Shown piece by piece: positions 58,827 to 64,000 of a DNA stretch of 64,000 bases. How positions within the stretch are numbered: position 1 is the first letter of the stretch; each line of letters starts with the position of its first letter. Source of the stretch: Porphyromonadaceae bacterium UBA7141 (lineage in GTDB: Bacteria; Bacteroidota; Bacteroidia; Bacteroidales; Muribaculaceae); contig DKWX01000042.1 in the NCBI GenBank assembly GCA_002491945.1, positions 31,192-95,191 on the forward strand. Direction: 5' to 3'. Made by a program: the position numbers and the translations under genes. The notes under the pieces were generated by a model, which was not told the origin of the DNA, did no database searches, and saw only the letters and a list, made by a program, of their open reading frames with translations.

Positions 58827-59771
58827 ATGAGCAATAGTCTTCCCCCCATCAAGGTGTTTGCAGGCACCAACAGCCAGTATCTCGGCGAGGCGATCTGCAA
58901 GGATCTCGGCATCGAACTCGGCAAGATGAAAGTAGAACGTTTTGCCGACGGTGAATTCGAGGTAGGTTTTGAGGAATCAATCCGTGGTGCGGAGGTGTAT
59001 CTTGTGCAGAGCACTTTCCCCAACTCCGACAATCTGATGGAGCTTCTCCTGATGATTGATGCCGCCAAACGCGCATCAGCAGGAAAAATCATCGCCGTGC
59101 TCCCATATTTCGGATGGGCACGCCAGGACCGCAAGGATAAGCCGCGTGTCTCTATCGCCGCCAAACTGGTGGCCGATCTGCTGAGTGTGGCCGGCATCGA
59201 CCGCCTGATCACCATGGACCTCCATGCCGACCAGATTCAGGGATTCTTCAATGTCCCGGTCGACCATCTCTACGCTTCCTCTATCTTCATCCCCTATCTG
59301 GAGAGCCTGCATCTCAAGGAGATGGTAATAGCTTCGCCCGACGTCGGCGGTGCGAAACGCGCCAATTCTTATGCAAAATACTTCGATGTGCCTCTCGTGC
59401 TCTGCCACAAGCAGCGCGCCAAGGCGAATGTCGTGGAGAAAATGACTGTCATCGGCGATGTGGAGGGTAAGAATGTTGTGCTTATCGATGATATCGTCGA
59501 CACTGCCGGCACCATCACCAAGGCTGCCGACCTGCTCCTCAGCTTCGGCGCAAAGTCTGTGCGCGCGCTCTGCTCGCACCCCGTGATGTCGGATCCCGCA
59601 ACCGACCGCGTGCTCTCATCCGGCCTGACTGAAATCATCTTCACCGACTCTATCCCTTACGTGAAGGACAACAATAAAGCTGTGGTGCTCCCTGTGGCAA
59701 AACTCTTTGCCGACACAATCCGCCGCATCCACAACAATCAGTCAATCTCTTCGCAATATCTCTTCAAATAA
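58827..59771 (+). CDS. prs: Ribose-phosphate pyrophosphokinase
   Basis: FADGE, PYFGWARQDRK, DLHADQIQGFF, SPDVGG, DDIVDTAGT. Confidence 0.96.
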   Translation: MSNSLPPIKVFAGTNSQYLGEAICKDLGIELGKMKVERFADGEFEVGFEESIRGAEVYLVQSTFPNSDNLMELLLMIDAAKRASAGKIIAVLPYFGWARQDRKDKPRVSIAAKLVADLLSVAGIDRLITMDLHADQIQGFFNVPVDHLYASSIFIPYLESLHLKEMVIASPDVGGAKRANSYAKYFDVPLVLCHKQRAKANVVEKMTVIGDVEGKNVVLIDDIVDTAGTITKAADLLLSFGAKSVRALCSHPVMSDPATDRVLSSGLTEIIFTDSIPYVKDNNKAVVLPVAKLFADTIRRIHNNQSISSQYLFK

Positions 59772-59814
59772 TCCTGTTTCCGACACCGTCAGCGCCGCAG
59801 GAAATGCCATAACC

Positions 59815-59846
59815 CAGACGCTTCTCCGGATTCGGGGAAGCGTCTG
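59815..59846 (+). terminator. Terminator after prs
   Basis: CAGACGCTTCTCC/GGGGAAGCGTCTG stem followed by T-rich sequence. Confidence 0.7.
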
Positions 59847-59875
59847 TTGCTTTCATATGCCCGCATATCGCACAC

Positions 59876-59922
59876 AAAAAAAAGACCGACCCACCGGGCA
59901 TATATGCCTTGGCGGGTCGGTC
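59876..59922 (-). terminator. Terminator after the DUF3861-like gene
   Basis: GACCGACCC...GGGTCGGTC stem with a U8 tract on the minus strand. Confidence 0.75.
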
Positions 59923-59989
59923 GAGCTTTTGGATATTACTCGTTGTCGATGCGCTCCCTTTTTGACGGAGCAGAATCTGATTCAGCTGT

Positions 59990-60298
59990 TTACTTTTCCG
60001 AGCAGTCACAGCCGCAGCCAAGCTGTGCCTTGACATTCTTCTTGAAGGCTTCGAACTGGGTACCGAATTCGCTAAAAAGTGCCGAATCGGGGTTCTTTTT
60101 GATTACGTGGTGCATAAATCTCATGGCGAGAACAAACTCCTTGGCATGCTTGTCTTTGGCGAATAGCCCTGCAGCCTTTGTCTTTTCGACCATTGCCGCG
60201 ATGTCATGATGTCCGCCGAAATTGAAATCAAGCACTTCTTTCATCTTGCCGTCCTTGGCCTCAATCATGTTGACGTAGTATGATTTTTTGTCTGACAT
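59990..60298 (-). CDS. DUF3861-like small protein with C-terminal CGCDC
   Basis: F.F..HHDI..MVEK...F..F..QFEAFKK pattern recalled for DUF3861. Confidence 0.65.
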   Translation of the reverse strand: MSDKKSYYVNMIEAKDGKMKEVLDFNFGGHHDIAAMVEKTKAAGLFAKDKHAKEFVLAMRFMHHVIKKNPDSALFSEFGTQFEAFKKNVKAQLGCGCDCSEK

Positions 60299-60482
60299 AA
60301 TTATGTGTTTTTTATAGTATTCTTCAGATGCCGGCGGGGTGTGGCTCCACTCTGTCCTCCTGAGGGAGGGGATGACGACCTTGTCTCTTGCCGGAATCCG
60401 ATATTAAAACACCTCCGACTCACTATCTGTTCGGTGAAAATAGCTGCATAATGATTAAAAAAGTCTAATCCTGCCGACACTT

Positions 60483-63400
60483 CTATTCTTCTTCTGACCT
60501 GACAGTCACTGAAGTTTCTTCCGGAAGCGGAATGCTGTCGGATTCTTCAGGGAGCATCGGCACGCCGTCGTCGCGCCCTGACTCAGAATGGGGCGCACGC
60601 TCAGGCGAAGAGTCAGATGCATTGCCACTCTTGCGGCGGCGCTTGAAAAGACGGTCAAAATCCTTGCGCCATGCCACTCCGAGTCCTTGAGTGGTGAGCG
60701 CGGATTTGAGATAATAGTTCTGGTCGTTGAAATGATTATAGGCTTTGAGTCGCACACTGCCGCTGCGGGTGAGCAGATACTCTATGTCGAAGTCGCCGAT
60801 AAAGGTGGAGCTGCTCGATGTGCGGTCGCGGTATCCGAAGTTGCCGTTGATGAGCAGGCGGTTGTTGAAGAGGCGCGATGATAGAGCGAGGTCTACCTCC
60901 AGATCGGAGAAATCACCTTTGTCGGAACGCAGCGACGGCGCTATGTTGATTTTGTCGGTCAGCTGTCCGAGCATATTTGTGAGCTGCGACGACAATGTCG
61001 ATGAGGCCACAGAGGCCCACTCGCCTCCACTGTTGCCGCCACCCATATATTCAGGGGTGTAGAAACGATTGAGTGCCAGCAGATAGATTATCTGGCGGTT
61101 CATCATATCTTCCGACGATATGATGCTTCGCACCTTCTGGGCCACCTCATCGTTGAGTGTCGGCAATTCAATGTCGAAACTGATGTCGGGTTGCGTCATC
61201 TCCCCCTTCACAAGCAGCATCGCATCGACAGGCACATTCGTGCGGTTTAGGTCATGGTCGGTGGCGAAGCTTTTGTCAAGGTCAGTCAGATTGGTGTTCA
61301 CACGGTAGGCCGCCCGGATGTCGAGCAATCCGTTAAGCGGATCTCCGTTGAATGATATGCTACTTCCGGGTTTTATAATGAAGTCTTTAAGTATCAGGTC
61401 CTGAAGAGAGAAATTGTAGGTGCCCTCGCTTAGAGTGTATTTGCCATACATCTTGATGTCGTTCGACGCTGAGTTGTAGGTCAGGTTCATCGCCCCGCCT
61501 CCATGTGAAGTGATTTTGTCGCCTGCCACCGGATCCATCACTATCGCCAGCCGCGCCGACGGTGTGATTGTGGCGCGGATGTCCATGGCGAACACCGATT
61601 CGTCGGCAGCCTCTTCGGCCACTTTCCGGTTGAAGGCGGCCACTATCTCGTCGGGACTTTCCGGGTCGGCTGCTTCCTCCTGAAGCCGCGCCTCTTTGCG
61701 GCGGTCGGTAAAGGTAAGGAATTTATAGTCGAGCGCCTCCTGCGAGTCAGTGAGCACGAATGTGAAGGCTGACTGACCTACGGTGGTCATGTCGGCCAGA
61801 ATACCCACGTAGCCCGGGCGTCCGATAATCCGTCCGCTTCCGGTGCCGAAGATGCGCCCGTACCATATGGGATTCATTGTGGCGTCGGTATCATAGACAA
61901 GAAGATTGCGGGCATTGCTGATGTTGAACCGGAAGGTCGGGTCATGGAAATAGTTGTGGTTCAGTGTGCCATCCAGTGTAGCGGAGTTGCCGTAGGAGTC
62001 ATGAAGACGGAAGGAGGGGATGGTGATGCGTCCCGGAGCAATCCATACAGAGTCCCTGCCACAGTAAGTGACGTTGGTATAGTCTATCTTCAGACTGATT
62101 GTATCGGCATAAAGCCTGCCTTCCATATCGATATCCTTGAATGTGCCGAATAGTTTGGCTCGCCCGGATGCCCTCCCGTCCACTTTCGACGAGAAGGCAG
62201 ACATAAATGTCTGAAGAAACCCGATACGCACCTTGTCGGCATCCACTCCGAACGACAGCGAGTCGCGTCCGAGCCATATCCCACCGTCGATAAGGGCCAC
62301 ACGGCGTCCCGACTCTGATATATCGGCCCGGATACCCACTCTCCTGGCCTCGGCATCGAAGTCTCCGCGAAGGTCGCCGTCACCAAGCACAGCATGGTTG
62401 TAGCTCAGGTCTTTGACGCTAAGTCGGCGCGTATATGCCTCCGGATGCCCCGACAGCAGGCCGCGCCCCACGGCCTCGCCCGTGGCATGCCCTCCAAAGG
62501 CCACATAGTTGATATTGAGCGTGTCGAATATGTAGTCGAGGTCAATGTCATGCAGTCGGACGTTGATTTCACTCTCAGGATCAGCCGAGGCCACTCCGTC
62601 GATAGTGACAAACTGGTCGGCATGCGATACCGAAAATCCAGTCACATCAATCTGACTGTCCTCATATTTTATCGAGGCCTCCCCTATCTCCCAGCCGGCG
62701 CCATTGAGCCAGAGTGTAGTCGGAAGGATGGAGGCGGTCACTACCTGTCCGGTGGCATTGAGTGCCGGCGCCAGTGCGGCGAGGAGATGCATGTCTCCAT
62801 AAAATGCTCCCAGCTTCTCCTTGTTGAATCCAAGCAGCAGGTCGTATTCTCCACCCCTTGCACGAAGGTCGGCGTCAAGGTCGAGCACCCCCTTCTTGGT
62901 CGGTATGCTTGAATAGAAATCCATTGTCCCTTCGCCATCTGCTATCCGGGCGTCAAGACGCGTCTGCTGTATAAGCTTGTCGCGCCCCTGCTGTATGTAG
63001 GGCGCGCGGAAACCGAATGTCAGCAATCCCTCGGCTTCATTAAGCTCTCCATATATATCTGCCTCATAAAGCAGTCTGACTGGAAGACTGAAAAAATCCA
63101 TCCAGCTGCCGCCCCGCATCACTCTGAAGTCATATTCCAGCCAGTTGTCGGCCGCAGGAACTGCATTATTATGATGTGTGTCGGCTTCAGATGCGTCATA
63201 TGCTGCCGCGCGATGCGTTGCGCCTGCCGCACTGTCAGGATTTATTGCCGATGAGGCAGGCATGACACCGGCAATAAGCGTACGCACTATTCCCGGCAGT
63301 TGCGACGGACGGAAATCGCCCGCCACATTTCCCTGTATCCAGTCCGAATCAAGAGTGTAACGGCGCAGTCCGTCAGCGGAATCTTCTGATGCGAATAGCC

Positions 63401-64000
63401 CAAGATGCCGCAGTGTAAGTGGAGAGCGGCCGTGTCCCAATGGCTGAAGACGCAGATTGTCGATGCTAAAGCTGCCATGCAGCGCATCCGGTGTAAGCCC
63501 GGCTATATCCAGATTCATCTCTCCGGATATGACACAGTCGCGAAGCCTGCCACCCAATGGCACAAGCACCTGCGGATAGACATGCTGTATGTCGGCGCCA
63601 AGCTGCAGCGAAGTCTTTGCTCCGGCGGGATGCAGCTCGCCATTTAATGATATCCGGAAATTCTCGTCGTCACATCCGACCGCTACCACCATGGAATCCG
63701 GATTCTTGTCGACACTCACCGCGAGGTCTTTCAGCGCATATCCGTTGATTTCAGCCGATGCCACCTCTATTTCCGCTCTTAACTCCGGCAGCATCCGGTT
63801 GAGCCTTTCGATGAGCGCCACGCCCTTCCCGTCGGCCACATGAGCCGTGACAGCGCCATGTGCCCCGGGATTGAGAATCCCTTCTGCATGACCGCTGACC
63901 ACGACTGTCCTCAACCGCGAGTCGCCCGAAATCCTGTCGGTTGCAATCCCTTCGGTCGAGAAGGCTGTGCGCAGACTCGTCGCCCCACCGGCGGCACTCG
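60483..64000 (-). CDS. Translocation/assembly module TamB-domain protein (5' end outside window)
   Basis: Frame is open to the window edge. C-terminal LSSRLFNNRLLINGNFGYRD, GDFDIEYLL, TQGLG motifs. Confidence 0.85.
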   Translation of the reverse strand, partial: SAAGGATSLRTAFSTEGIATDRISGDSRLRTVVVSGHAEGILNPGAHGAVTAHVADGKGVALIERLNRMLPELRAEIEVASAEINGYALKDLAVSVDKNPDSMVVAVGCDDENFRISLNGELHPAGAKTSLQLGADIQHVYPQVLVPLGGRLRDCVISGEMNLDIAGLTPDALHGSFSIDNLRLQPLGHGRSPLTLRHLGLFASEDSADGLRRYTLDSDWIQGNVAGDFRPSQLPGIVRTLIAGVMPASSAINPDSAAGATHRAAAYDASEADTHHNNAVPAADNWLEYDFRVMRGGSWMDFFSLPVRLLYEADIYGELNEAEGLLTFGFRAPYIQQGRDKLIQQTRLDARIADGEGTMDFYSSIPTKKGVLDLDADLRARGGEYDLLLGFNKEKLGAFYGDMHLLAALAPALNATGQVVTASILPTTLWLNGAGWEIGEASIKYEDSQIDVTGFSVSHADQFVTIDGVASADPESEINVRLHDIDLDYIFDTLNINYVAFGGHATGEAVGRGLLSGHPEAYTRRLSVKDLSYNHAVLGDGDLRGDFDAEARRVGIRADISESGRRVALIDGGIWLGRDSLSFGVDADKVRIGFLQTFMSAFSSKVDGRASGRAKLFGTFKDIDMEGRLYADTISLKIDYTNVTYCGRDSVWIAPGRITIPSFRLHDSYGNSATLDGTLNHNYFHDPTFRFNISNARNLLVYDTDATMNPIWYGRIFGTGSGRIIGRPGYVGILADMTTVGQSAFTFVLTDSQEALDYKFLTFTDRRKEARLQEEAADPESPDEIVAAFNRKVAEEAADESVFAMDIRATITPSARLAIVMDPVAGDKITSHGGGAMNLTYNSASNDIKMYGKYTLSEGTYNFSLQDLILKDFIIKPGSSISFNGDPLNGLLDIRAAYRVNTNLTDLDKSFATDHDLNRTNVPVDAMLLVKGEMTQPDISFDIELPTLNDEVAQKVRSIISSEDMMNRQIIYLLALNRFYTPEYMGGGNSGGEWASVASSTLSSQLTNMLGQLTDKINIAPSLRSDKGDFSDLEVDLALSSRLFNNRLLINGNFGYRDRTSSSSTFIGDFDIEYLLTRSGSVRLKAYNHFNDQNYYLKSALTTQGLGVAWRKDFDRLFKRRRKSGNASDSSPERAPHSESGRDDGVPMLPEESDSIPLPEETSVTVRSEEE

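Overview
This 64 kb window looks like Bacteroidales chromosome, probably Muribaculaceae (inferred from TAnnTTTG/TTTG promoters, T9SS-type C-termini and gene content). Most of it is housekeeping: ftsK-lolA-like-trxB, dxs-trkAH, nrdD/nrdG, maeB, ftsY, rimO, prs, partial tamB and five peptidase families. Five things stand out. (1) A citrate cluster citD-citE-citF-citX-[citC::citG fusion]-YbhJ-type aconitase-like hydratase-icd, with no citrate synthase, transporter, regulator or oxaloacetate decarboxylase. (2) A 172-bp fold-back MITE-like repeat in two full copies and one truncated copy; two of them bracket a secreted-protein gene. (3) Three tandem T9SS cargo genes: a beta-repeat protein, an S8 protease and a three-module LRR protein. 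(4) An isolated 749-aa gene with motifs reminiscent of Bacteroidales phage structural proteins but no prophage around it. (5) A YtrA/GntR-ABC module with a clear operator palindrome and two small downstream proteins. I recognised no rRNA, tRNA, CRISPR array, integrase or transposase. All family assignments come from motif recognition, not database searches.
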